Below, one piece after another: positions 20,152-29,891 of a stretch of DNA of 64,000 bases (within the stretch, counting starts at the first letter, position 1; each line of letters starts with the position of its first letter). Origin of the DNA: Candidatus Spongiisociaceae bacterium (lineage in GTDB: Bacteria > Actinomycetota > Acidimicrobiia > Spongiisociales > Spongiisociaceae); the NCBI GenBank assembly GCA_965262915.1, contig OZ253564.1, positions 4,032,001 to 4,096,000 on the forward strand. The letters run 5' to 3'. The notes under the pieces were generated by a model. That model worked only from the letters and a program-made list of their open reading frames with translations. It did no database searches and was not told the DNA's origin. The position numbers and the translations under genes were made by a program.

Positions 20152-21762
20152 TTGACTGACGCGACCGTTACCGAGCCGACCAAGCTCTGGTTCCTTCTAG
20201 ACCGTTCAGGATCGATGAGCAGCCTCACCGAGGATGTGATCGGAGGATTCAACGCGTTCATCGCGGAACAGGCGCAGGAACCCGGAAGCGTGCATCTCAC
20301 CCTCGTACAGTTCGACAGCCAGGCCCCGTTCGAAATCATCCACAATGCAGCGCGAATCGAAGAGGTTCCGCAACTCACCACCGACGTCTACCGCCCACGA
20401 GGGGGCACACCTCTACTGGACGCCATCGGTGACATCATCGAACACGCCGACCGCCGTATCGAAACCCGATCCCGGGACCATCGACCGGCGGAGGACCAGT
20501 TGGTGGTGATCTTCAGCGACGGGTTGGAGAACGCCTCCCGCCGCTTCGACCGGGCAAGGGTGGCGGAGTTGATCAGCAAGCGCCAGGAAGCCGGTTGGGA
20601 GTTCGTGTTCATGGGCGCCAACCAGGACAGCTACCTCGAAGCGGGAAAGATCGGAGTCTCCGAGGAGAGCATCTCCAACTTCGGCGCCACCGCAACGGGC
20701 ACTGCCGCGGCGTTCCAGTCGATCTCGCGAGCCACCAGGGAGTATCGCGGAAAGACCAGGATCGAACGGACGAGAGATTCCGGACGGTTCTATGGCGGAA
20801 CTCGCGAGGCGGAGGCCGAGATGGGCAAGCGAGGAGGACGAGCCAGGGTCCCGAAGCAGCGCCAGGGTATCCCCAACCTGGAGCGGGCGGCGGCTGGCCG
20901 ACCCATTACCCGTCTGGGGATCTCCCTGTTCCCTGTCTACCTACCTGGGAACGACCTCCCGGAGATCGCTACTGGACGGGGCTCGGGCCTGGTCATCGAG
21001 GAACTACCTGCTTCGACGGTTCCGTTCCTCGGGGTGACGAACGCAACCACCCGGGCGGTTCTGATCCCGGAGGGAGAACAACTCATCGGGGGTCTCCAGG
21101 ACCGGGTGCTGAACACAACCGTCCTGGTGGCTCCTTCCACCCACTTGGACATACCCGTGTCCTGTCTCGAGCAGGGACGATGGGGCAATCGCCGTGCTTT
21201 CGAGCATGGCCGCGCTTACGCGCCGAGACGAACCCGGCGGGCGAAGAACGCGTCGGTATCCGATGCGGTCCGTAGGGACGGATCCCGTCGGAGCGACCAA
21301 GCGGCTGTCTGGAACAGCATCGACCGGGAACTGGCCCGAAGAGGGGTCAACTCCCCGACCCGAGCCGTACGGGACGCCGATCAGTTCCTGCGCCATGACC
21401 GGAGACGGGCCGATACGATCGAACGTCTGGTGAGTCGAGGTCCGCTGCCCGGCCAGTCCGGCGTGGTGGTCACGCACGGTAGGCGGGTGGTGGCGGTCGA
21501 CGTGTTCGGCAACCACGACCTGCTGGTCCCCCACTGGGAAGGTTTGATCCGCTCCTATCTCGCGGAGCGACCGACCTCGAACGGATATCCCTCTGCTACC
21601 CGGGCGTTGAGCGTGATCAGCCGCCTCGGTAAGGCACCGGCGGTCGAGAATCCGGGGCTCGGACTCGGCGTCGACGTCCACGTGAACGAGGGACGAATTG
21701 TGGGTCAAGCACTGACGCTCGGTGCAGCTGTCGTTCACGCATCAGCCTTCATGGTTGGTTAG
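20152..21762 (+). CDS. vWA domain fused to an ARPP-1/DUF6569-like domain
   Basis: MIDAS LLDRSGSM, GGTPLLDAIG and SDGLENAS; C-terminal half has GEQLIGGLQDRVLNTTVLV, IPVSCLEQGRW and SDQAAVW. AAGGAG RBS before TTG. Confidence 0.8.
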   Translation: MTDATVTEPTKLWFLLDRSGSMSSLTEDVIGGFNAFIAEQAQEPGSVHLTLVQFDSQAPFEIIHNAARIEEVPQLTTDVYRPRGGTPLLDAIGDIIEHADRRIETRSRDHRPAEDQLVVIFSDGLENASRRFDRARVAELISKRQEAGWEFVFMGANQDSYLEAGKIGVSEESISNFGATATGTAAAFQSISRATREYRGKTRIERTRDSGRFYGGTREAEAEMGKRGGRARVPKQRQGIPNLERAAAGRPITRLGISLFPVYLPGNDLPEIATGRGSGLVIEELPASTVPFLGVTNATTRAVLIPEGEQLIGGLQDRVLNTTVLVAPSTHLDIPVSCLEQGRWGNRRAFEHGRAYAPRRTRRAKNASVSDAVRRDGSRRSDQAAVWNSIDRELARRGVNSPTRAVRDADQFLRHDRRRADTIERLVSRGPLPGQSGVVVTHGRRVVAVDVFGNHDLLVPHWEGLIRSYLAERPTSNGYPSATRALSVISRLGKAPAVENPGLGLGVDVHVNEGRIVGQALTLGAAVVHASAFMVG

Positions 21763-21784
21763 GAAGACACGACGACCGCACATC

Positions 21785-21814
21785 GATCGGTCTCGGCTCC
21801 GGCCGGGGCCGATC
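21785..21814. terminator. Hairpin between convergent genes
   Basis: gatcggtctcggc-tccg-gccggggccgatc, a 13-bp stem with G-U pairs. Confidence 0.5.
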
Positions 21815-22409
21815 AGAAGGAAGGCGGGGAGGTGACCACGAGGAACCTGCACCCGGCCCGACCGGTCGCCCTCATGGTGTGGGGGATCGTGGCCGGGTAG
21901 GCGTATACGTCCCCACGGGCCAACTCCACAGGATCTGAGCCTTCCAGTTCCACCCGGAGACGGCCCTCCAAGATGTAGATGACCTCCTCGCCTTCGTGGC
22001 CGGCGTTGACCGTACCGGCGCCCGGGACGAAGGTGACCTCGTTCGGTTCCATGAGGTGGGCGTCGCCACGAGTGAGGAACCGCACCGATCCGCCCTCGGT
22101 CAGCTCGTAGGAGTCGCCCTCGCTGTCCCGCACGAGGCTGACCTCCAGCCTCTCCCGGGGTTGGAGCAGGCTGTGGGCAGTGGTCTCGAGAGCCTGGGCG
22201 ACGTTGTGGAGAGCCATCAGGCTCGGCATGGCCTTGCCGTTCTCGAGCTGGCTCAGGAACGGCTGCGACAGGCCACAGCGCTTGGCCAACTGCTGCAACG
22301 TCAGACCCTGTGCCTTGCGGAGTCTCCTGAGCGCTGCCCCCAGAGTCGCCGCCACCGCCTCCCCGTCAACCGATCGGGTTTCCTTACCGGCCTGGGCGCC
22401 ATCAGTCAT
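21813..22409 (-). CDS. XRE-HTH plus cupin transcriptional regulator
   Basis: LRRLRKAQGLTLQQLA...LSQLENG and HEGEEVIYILEG...H cupin. Confidence 0.92.
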   Translation of the reverse strand: MTDGAQAGKETRSVDGEAVAATLGAALRRLRKAQGLTLQQLAKRCGLSQPFLSQLENGKAMPSLMALHNVAQALETTAHSLLQPRERLEVSLVRDSEGDSYELTEGGSVRFLTRGDAHLMEPNEVTFVPGAGTVNAGHEGEEVIYILEGRLRVELEGSDPVELARGDVYAYPATIPHTMRATGRAGCRFLVVTSPPSF

Positions 22410-22533
22410 GGCGTGATGGTACCGCCCGCCCGCCCGGCCGGTCGGGAGTCCAACGGGATCGACCGGCTCCGGCTGATCGAGACGTCTCCTACCGCCGTTC
22501 CTCTAGCGGGTTCGACCGTCGCTCACCTGCTTG

Positions 22534-23919
22534 CTAGGCGAGCCCGATCCGTGCGATGAGTCCCCGGGCGCGGCCTCGAGCCTCGGAGATCACCTCGTCC
22601 TGATCGACCTGTGTACACTGTCCCTCCTCGACGATGACCTGCCCGCCGACGATGTTCATGGTCACATCGCTTCCCCGGGCCGCGTAGACCAAGGCGGTGC
22701 GGGGATCGTGAACGGGGGTCAGATGGGCACGGCTCGTGTCCAGCACGATCACGTCTGCCAGCGCCCCGGGAGCCAAGCGACCGGCATCGATACCGAGAGC
22801 CGCCGCTCCACCCGTGGTGGCGATGCGTAGCGCCTCCGCGGCGGACGACGCCCCCGGGTCGAGTTCCGCCAAGCGGTGCATGAGAACCAGCATCTTCATG
22901 TTCTCGAAGAGATCCTGGCGGTGCCCGCAGGTAGAGCCGTCGGTGCCGAGCGCCACCGTCGCTCCGGCGTCGAGCAGCCGGCGCATCGGCATGACCCCGT
23001 ATGGCACGTACTGGTTGGACATCGGACAGTGCACCACCGCGGTGCGAGTGGAGCCGATGGCCTCGATCTCCTCGTCGTTCACCCAAGTGGCGTGGGCCAG
23101 CACCGCGTCGGGACCCAGCAGCCCTTCTCGGTGCAGCCACATGCCCGGACGGAGCCCGTAGGTCTCCCGATACACGTCGGGATCGCTCTTGGGTGCGCTG
23201 AGGTGGGTGTGCCAACCCGTCCCGTGCGACCGCGCCAAGCTCACGGCGGATGCCAGGAGGTTCTGGTCGGTGTAGACGGTATTGATCGGACCGGGCCACA
23301 CCGCTACTCGAGACCCGGGTGGCCGAGCCTTGATGCAAGCCTCGGTGATGCCCAACTCTTCGTCGTCGGTGAGCGGAAAAGCCTTTCTCGGCAATCCCTG
23401 GCGCTCGGCCAGCGCGGTGTAGCCACCGGCCACACCCCGAGCCACCACCCCCCTCAGCCCCACCTCCTCGATCGCGCTCGCCACCGCCAGCGTGGTGTCG
23501 TAGTCCGTGCGACCGTAGTGATGATCGAGCAGGCTGGTGGTCCCCGCCAACGCTGCCTCGACCGCACCCAGGTATACGGCGGCCTTCGTTTCCTCTGGTG
23601 TGATCTCCGCTGCGTAAGGCCACATGAACCTGCTCAGCCACTCCCAACCAGGCAAGCCTTCGCCGAGTGTGCGACCCAGCGCTTGGAAAAGGTGGTTGTG
23701 GCAATCGACCAGCCCCGGCATCACCAACCGACCACGGTACGAGATCACCCGCTCGGCCTGGTACCCGGAAATCTCGTACCCTTCTCCGACGGCCACGATC
23801 CGGTCCCCCACGATCGCCACGAACCCGCCCTCGACAACCGGCCGTTCCGGATCAAGGGTGACAACAGTACCCCCCTCGAGAATAAGGTCGCACCCAACCG
23901 GTTGCTCGTCGGCCGTCAT
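22534..23919 (-). CDS. Amidohydrolase, AtzA/MtaD family (third paralogue)
   Basis: PGLVDCHNH, WHTH, AHATW, HCPMSN and LGTDG. Confidence 0.9.
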   Translation of the reverse strand: MTADEQPVGCDLILEGGTVVTLDPERPVVEGGFVAIVGDRIVAVGEGYEISGYQAERVISYRGRLVMPGLVDCHNHLFQALGRTLGEGLPGWEWLSRFMWPYAAEITPEETKAAVYLGAVEAALAGTTSLLDHHYGRTDYDTTLAVASAIEEVGLRGVVARGVAGGYTALAERQGLPRKAFPLTDDEELGITEACIKARPPGSRVAVWPGPINTVYTDQNLLASAVSLARSHGTGWHTHLSAPKSDPDVYRETYGLRPGMWLHREGLLGPDAVLAHATWVNDEEIEAIGSTRTAVVHCPMSNQYVPYGVMPMRRLLDAGATVALGTDGSTCGHRQDLFENMKMLVLMHRLAELDPGASSAAEALRIATTGGAAALGIDAGRLAPGALADVIVLDTSRAHLTPVHDPRTALVYAARGSDVTMNIVGGQVIVEEGQCTQVDQDEVISEARGRARGLIARIGLA

Positions 23920-23993
23920 GCAGGCTCCTTCGCTCATCCGCATTCCTAGGGGGGAACAATCGTAAAGAGAGCCGTAGCTCACCCGTTCCGGTA

Positions 23994-24986
23994 TTAAAGG
24001 AGAGATCTCCCGAGGCGGTCTTCGATATGCCCGACGCTCCACCGGATGTCATCCGCGGCCAGCACGTCCGGGTCGAACCGTCCAGCGGTGTAGGTAGCGA
24101 CCGAACAAGCGATACGGGCCATGTCCCGAACCACCTCCCGGGTGGGCTGAACATACCGTGCTCCCGTCCGGTACCGGGACTGTTCGTGCCACGTGCTTAT
24201 GGCGGCGGCGCCCAGCGGATCCAGCAGTTGAGGTACCACGCTGCGGTGGGGTTCCACCAGCTGCTCGCACAGCCTGGCGATGTCGTGTCCCCATGCCGAG
24301 CCTCGGGGAGCGGAATCGAGATGTATCAGAGACTTCAATGAAGCTTCTACCGTCCTGTGAGCCTCTCCGCACGCTCGCCGGAGCCTGACCTCGGACAGGT
24401 TGAACGCCCGGTCCGCGTTGCCCGCACGCAGTTCCAATCGTTCCAGCGAGGAAGGCTCGAGGTGACCGAGCAAAGTCACCAACGCTTCGTTCGTTTCGGC
24501 CAGTCGCTCAACGGCTTCCGCGTGATCGCTGGTGGGCACCACCATCTCCTTACCCCAGTTCACGTCTGCGGCAGCCCTCCGGTCAACCAGAACCACCCCG
24601 TTCCTAGCCGCCCGACTCTCGACCGACGTTGTTACCTGCTCGGTCCGGATCTTCCACTCGGGCCTGTCGGTGACGATCACATCGACTGGGTGGCCGGCCG
24701 CCGCCCTCGCCAGCGCCGACAACTCGTCCTGCGATTGGTCACGTCTTCGGTAGTCCAGATCGTCGTAGATCGCCACCAAGTCGATATCGCTACAGATGGT
24801 AGCCTTACCGCGCGCAACCGAACCGAACAATACCACCCGACCCACGCCGGCATCAGCTAACGCTGCTGCCGCCCTCTCGGCATCAGCCCGGCACGGAACC
24901 GATGCCACCACCTCAGCTCTCACCTCCGCCACAACCAGCACTTCCCACTCAGGTGTCCGCCCCATACCTACCCGCGTACTCCCCAC
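23994..24986 (-). CDS. Fused minimal nucleotidyltransferase (MNT)-HEPN protein; start uncertain
   Basis: VLFGSVARG...SDIDL and PVDVIV, followed by HEPN-like VEASLKSLI, WGHDIARL and SRY. Confidence 0.8.
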   Translation of the reverse strand: MGSTRVGMGRTPEWEVLVVAEVRAEVVASVPCRADAERAAAALADAGVGRVVLFGSVARGKATICSDIDLVAIYDDLDYRRRDQSQDELSALARAAAGHPVDVIVTDRPEWKIRTEQVTTSVESRAARNGVVLVDRRAAADVNWGKEMVVPTSDHAEAVERLAETNEALVTLLGHLEPSSLERLELRAGNADRAFNLSEVRLRRACGEAHRTVEASLKSLIHLDSAPRGSAWGHDIARLCEQLVEPHRSVVPQLLDPLGAAAISTWHEQSRYRTGARYVQPTREVVRDMARIACSVATYTAGRFDPDVLAADDIRWSVGHIEDRLGRSLL

Positions 24987-25204
24987 AATGCCACGGCAAT
25001 CCCCACCGCCGTATGTCCGAGCATCATACGTTTGGCGTCAGACTATCCGCTACCGCGACCGCCCGCGGAGGGTTCTGACCGACGCTCGTTTCGGGAGACG
25101 CCCCGACCGCAGACCTGACCGATGATCGTAGACACCGGTTCCGGGCTAAGAAAGGAGGGGGTATGTGAGGCAAAAGGTTCTTGTCAATCTGATACAATAA
25201 GAGG

Positions 25205-26537
25205 ATGACCGAACCCTCACCGCCCCCATCCGATGTCCCGACCCGCACCCTGACACGTATGGGCAAGACGGGAATCACACAACTCAGGACCGGAGCTTCG
25301 AAACTCGCGCGGGTACCGCAAGGAACTACGGAACTCGTAGTCGAATCAAGCCGTGTCGTCTATGGCCACACCAGCCGAACGGTCAAGGACCTGAAAGAAG
25401 CTGATCTGAGGTTCCACCGCCGACCGATCGAACTGACACAAGCCATTACCGTTTCCGCGCAGGCCCGGTTAGGAGATACCGCCGAAACGGCAAACAACTC
25501 AGATCGGCAAAGCCACAACCACAGCCGCCACCAAGGTCGGAGACCTCACAGGAACCGCAGCATCCGAAATCGGCAAAGCCACAACCACAGCCGCCACCAA
25601 GGTCGGAGACCTCACAGGAACCGCAGCATCCGAAATCGGCAAAGCCATAGGCATAAGCGCAGCGAGGCTTGCGGAACACAGCCGGGCCTTCCACCAGAGC
25701 TGCAGGGAGTCCTTCAAATCGCTCGACGACCGGCCCAGAAACTTAGGAGAGGATGCAGACGCGTGGGCCCAAGCCGCCGCGGCAGGAGCCTGGGGAGCGT
25801 TCCTGACGCTGCAGAAGGCGGTTCCGTCGTTCAGTGACCTTCCCCCGGCCATGAAGGCGAAGTTCGCAACGGCGGGACTTCGCGGGGCTTGGAGACCGGT
25901 CGACATTGCGGATGCCTTCTACCAGTCGAGCGTGCCGTCCCCGGTTCGAAATCTAGGGAAGGACGCAGTGCTCGCCTTCGTCGACGGAAAGCATGCTGGC
26001 CATATCGAAGCGGTCGCCAATGCTCCCGGAAGGATGATGGACGCTACCAACATCGTTTGGGAGCGCGCCCGTGACAACCTGGCTCGCGGCGCCGCCGACA
26101 TGACCCCGCTCGAATTGGCAAAGGCCAACGCCCTGAACGCGCTGCACGCCACCGGGATCGTAATGGCCGAGGCACTCCAAACTGCTGCCGTCGCCGGCTG
26201 CATAGGCATGGCGCTCGAGGGAGTGGTCAGCGTGACCGAGAACCTCATCTACGTCTACAAGGACGAGATGACTCCCCAGCAGGGAGGCAGGAGGGTCTTG
26301 AAAGACATGCTGAAGAAAGGCAAGGCGGCTGCGATCGGCGGGGCCGGCATGACGGTAGTGGTTGCCTTGGGTGCAGGCTCCGCCCTCGCGACAGCCGCTC
26401 CCGTTCTTGTAACGGTCGGAGGGGTGGTGTACATCGTGAGCGCTTACAGTCGTATCAAAACGGCATTGGATTCGGCCGAGGAGCAACCGAATCTTCTAGC
26501 TCTGGATCCGTCGTCTCACGCGATGGGCACCGCCTGA
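25205..26537 (+). pseudogene. Repeat-containing protein with HNH-like motif and hydrophobic C-terminus; single frameshift near 25493
   Basis: TACAAT -10 lies 6 nt before the ATG. Removing one A joins the 25205 frame to an open frame 25503-26537. Confidence 0.6.
25503..25647 (+). repeat. Exact 66-bp tandem repeat (two copies plus a partial), encoding IGKATTTAATKVGDLTGTAASE
   Basis: Units start at 25503, 25569 and 25635. Confidence 0.92.
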
Positions 26538-26598
26538 TCCTGACACCAGTTATCGTGGAATAGTCGGGTGTCCGCCCGCAATCCGTGGGGAGGTTTCG

Positions 26599-26817
26599 AT
26601 GCCGGTGGCGCATATCCACTTCATGTACGACCTGGTCGAAGGTGACCTGCAGGAGGCCAAGCGCAGGCTTGCCGACGAGGTGGCCGAAAGCATTGCCCGC
26701 AACGTAGTTCACCATCATCAAGGCTCACCCAAGGAACTGGTGACCGTGGTCTTCCACGACATCGGCGCGGACGATTGGGCCACCGGCGGCAAGCTATTCA
26801 GCGACCGGGCCGACTGA
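26599..26817 (+). CDS. 4-oxalocrotonate tautomerase-family protein
   Basis: N-terminal Pro after Met; KRRLADEV, VTVVFHDI and WATGG. Confidence 0.8.
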   Translation: MPVAHIHFMYDLVEGDLQEAKRRLADEVAESIARNVVHHHQGSPKELVTVVFHDIGADDWATGGKLFSDRAD

Positions 26818-26898
26818 CACATAACGGATTCGGACCCCGAGGAGCGACAAATCGACAGCGCCTCTACACGGTATGAGCACACCGCGTTGGCAGCCGCG

Positions 26899-28125
26899 CT
26901 ATCCGGCCCGACGTAGCCTGTAGTGCGGTAGCGGCACGATCGTCCCGTTGACTTCCCCGCGTACCGGACCCCAGTCCCAGTCGACCTGCACCTGTGTCCC
27001 CGGATCAGCATGAGCCGGCACAACATGGGCGAAACCGATCAGCGACCCGGCCGTGGGGGACCAGGTAACGCTGGTGGTCCGCCCGATACGAGTTCCCTGA
27101 TGGAGGATCGGCAGCGGCAGCCGGATCACCTGCGGCGTTACCTCCGGCGGAATCCCACCGTCATCGTAGAGGGCGACGATCAGGCGATAGTCGATCTGAA
27201 TCCCTACCATCGAACGCTTGGATCCGTTCTCGAACTCACGCTTGAGAGCCTCCCTGCCCAGAAAGTCGGCCTTCTTCCCGAGGTCGACGAAGCGATGCAT
27301 GTTCAGTTCCAGCGGAGTGGTTCGGTTCTCGGCCGAGACCGGGATCGGGTCGCCGAGTCGATCTATGGCGGCCGGCGTGTAGTCGGCGCCCACTATCACC
27401 AAGCCCGCCTCGATCCGCGCCACATCCAGCGCGTGCAGCCCAGCGGCACCCAATCCGAGACGCTCCCCGGCTTCGAACAGCAGGTCCCACACCGTAGCCC
27501 CGTCGCGTGTGGCTACCCAGATTTCGTAGCCCACCTCGCCGGTGAACCCCTGGCGAGACACAATCACCTCCGCCCCTCCGATCATGGTTGTACGGAGCCG
27601 GGAGAAGCGAAGATCCGACCAAGCCTCGCCCGTCGCTGCCTCGAGCACCGCGGTCGACTTGGGTCCCTGAAGCGCCAGCAACCCGTAGTCATGCGTTACA
27701 TCCTCGATCACAACGTCGTAGCTCTCGGCGTGGTGGCGGAACCAGTTCATCATCGGATCAGCCGAGAACAGGAACCTGTCTTCTTCTACCCGTGCAACCA
27801 GACCGTCACCTACCAGGACTCCATCCTCGTTGCACCAAGGGGTGAAATAGACCTGGCCTACCTCGATTCTCGTAGCGTCACGGGTGATGAGATAGTCGAC
27901 CAACCTCATCGCGTCGCGTCCGGCAATGTAGTGCTTGGAAAGGGGCGATTGGTCCAGAGCCGCAGCCTGTTCGCGTATCGTGGCCAACTCGGCCCGCCAG
28001 TCTGTGTATTCGTCGACGATGTGATACCGATCCCAAGCATTCCACTTCTGACGCTGGTTCAACAACGAGGTACGCGGGTAGAACGCAGTCCCGCGGATCG
28101 TCAGATCGGAGGGGATGGAAGTCAT
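26899..28125 (-). CDS. GcvT-like aminomethyltransferase/THF-dependent demethylase (DmdA/LigM-like)
   Basis: LALQGP, SRQGFTGEVGYEIW, ALDVARIEAG and FLGREAL. Confidence 0.85.
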   Translation of the reverse strand: MTSIPSDLTIRGTAFYPRTSLLNQRQKWNAWDRYHIVDEYTDWRAELATIREQAAALDQSPLSKHYIAGRDAMRLVDYLITRDATRIEVGQVYFTPWCNEDGVLVGDGLVARVEEDRFLFSADPMMNWFRHHAESYDVVIEDVTHDYGLLALQGPKSTAVLEAATGEAWSDLRFSRLRTTMIGGAEVIVSRQGFTGEVGYEIWVATRDGATVWDLLFEAGERLGLGAAGLHALDVARIEAGLVIVGADYTPAAIDRLGDPIPVSAENRTTPLELNMHRFVDLGKKADFLGREALKREFENGSKRSMVGIQIDYRLIVALYDDGGIPPEVTPQVIRLPLPILHQGTRIGRTTSVTWSPTAGSLIGFAHVVPAHADPGTQVQVDWDWGPVRGEVNGTIVPLPHYRLRRAG

Positions 28126-28309
28126 TCACGTATCTCCTTTCTCAACCAGACCCCACTGTGGTCAATGTAACGCGACTGATGGAAGTTTCCTCGAGGACGG
28201 CGGCTGCCACCCTTCCAGATTCAACGGCTCTCCCTGAAGTAGGCCCTAGCAAGCGCAGCCGGTGCTTGCGATCGACGCTTCTGTAGCGGAGACAACCACC
28301 ATAACCAGA

Positions 28310-28560
28310 CGGCTACGTGCACGAACTTCACGGCGCTGGCGTTGAGCCTGACCGCGTCGGCGCTCGCCGGGTCGTGGCCAACGGCGCGCAGGTGTAGGCC
28401 GGCCCTGGTGCGAGATATGTACCACGCGGCCACCGCCACGAATACCCAGGATAGGTAGACCACGGGATCGTAGGACAGGAGAAGTGGGCCTATCCCTGGC
28501 CAGTCGCCAACAGATTCTGAGAACATCGGCTCGAAGATCCCGCCGCTGATCCTGCACCAC
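28310..28560 (-). pseudogene. Internal remnant of a nucleoside ABC permease
   Basis: PGIGPLL..DPVVYLS..RTRAGLHLRAVGHDPASADA; both ends missing. Confidence 0.7.
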
Positions 28561-28708
28561 CGCCGGGCTACCGGGCCGGCTGACCCGAGACCTCCCTCGT
28601 GAGCAGAGAACCGAGGCCGGTATTGTTGACCGCAATCGAAGAAAAGACGGGCAAGTCGGTGCGGAAACGGAGGTTTCGGGGTCCGGACCGTGCTAAGGGG
28701 AGGACAAC

Positions 28709-29776
28709 ATGACCGTCGCGGACCACTACAGCGTCACCGAAGACGAGATCCGGTTCGATCACACCGCCGAGGAGCGCCTCTACCAAGCGATGTTCGACTA
28801 TTGGCATCCGGTGGTCTACTCGTCCCATCTGAGCGACGACAAGCCGTTGGCGGCCACTCTGCTCGGTGAATCGATCGTGGTGGTCCGGCTCGATGGTGCA
28901 GTTCGTGCCTTCCGCGACCTGTGCGTCCATCGGGGTACGGCCTTGTCGCTGGGCTGGGTGGAGGACGACTCTCTCCGTTGCGCGTACCACGGCTGGAAGT
29001 ACGGACCGGACGGCATGTGCACGGAGATCCCGTCGCGGTTCGGTAGCCGGATCCCCAAGCGGGCCCGGCTGACCCGCTATACGGCGGCCGAGGCGGCCGG
29101 TCTGATTTGGGTATGCCTGTCGGGAGAGCCGAGATACCCGCTGCCCAAGTTTCCCCAACGGGAGGATCCCAGGTTCAGGATCATCGAGGTTCCGTCATAC
29201 AACTGGAACTGCTCGATGCCCCGGCGGATCGAGAACTACGTCGACTTCGCTCACTTCGCCTGGGTACACGACGGGGTGCTGGGGGACCGCAACGAACCGG
29301 AGGTCCCGGACCACGGGATAGCCCGGGTCGGCCACGAGCTGCGTTTCGACCATCCCCACATGGCCGAGCCTCCCGACTCCGGCAAGAACAAGGGCCTCGA
29401 ATCGGCAGGCGAGGCGGTCGACGTCCAGATCGACTACCGCCTGTTCATGCCCAACACGATCCTCCTCGACCAGCGGATACCCGCTCTGGATCAGCAATAC
29501 CTGCTGTTCTTCTCGGTCTGCCCGACAGGGCCCAAGACCAGCCGCTGCTTCACCTTCATGGGCCGCGACTACTCCCTTGACGAGGACACCGACCGGGACA
29601 TGCTCAAGTTCAACGAGTTGGTGATCGGCCAGGATCTCCCCATCGTGCAGTCACAGAGGCCGGAGGAACTCCCCATGGATCTCTCGGCCGAAGTGCAGAT
29701 CAAGGGTTCGGACCGGGTGGCCGTCGAGTACCGCCGCTGGCTCAAGAAGATCGCCGACGGCACGGATACGGCCTGA
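28709..29776 (+). CDS. Rieske non-heme iron oxygenase alpha subunit, NdmA/VanA-like
   Basis: CVHRG...CAYHGW, RRIENYVDFAHFAWVH, QDLPIVQSQRP and YRRWL. Confidence 0.87.
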   Translation: MTVADHYSVTEDEIRFDHTAEERLYQAMFDYWHPVVYSSHLSDDKPLAATLLGESIVVVRLDGAVRAFRDLCVHRGTALSLGWVEDDSLRCAYHGWKYGPDGMCTEIPSRFGSRIPKRARLTRYTAAEAAGLIWVCLSGEPRYPLPKFPQREDPRFRIIEVPSYNWNCSMPRRIENYVDFAHFAWVHDGVLGDRNEPEVPDHGIARVGHELRFDHPHMAEPPDSGKNKGLESAGEAVDVQIDYRLFMPNTILLDQRIPALDQQYLLFFSVCPTGPKTSRCFTFMGRDYSLDEDTDRDMLKFNELVIGQDLPIVQSQRPEELPMDLSAEVQIKGSDRVAVEYRRWLKKIADGTDTA

Positions 29777-29891
29777 GCCCGTAGGGAACCGAGCGATCTG
29801 TCCCCAAGACGATTCGCCGCGTCCCGCTTGCCGCCACCGCGACGACCGAGGATACGGAGCGCCCTGCCACCGGACGGCTACCGGAATCACC

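Noticed and set aside
25503-25647. CRISPR array (also considered for 53946-54009 and 19201-19239)
   Set aside because: Head-to-tail repeats without spacers; no cas genes.
26899-28125. gcvT of the glycine cleavage system
   Set aside because: No gcvH/gcvP nearby; the N-terminus fits stand-alone demethylase-like homologues.
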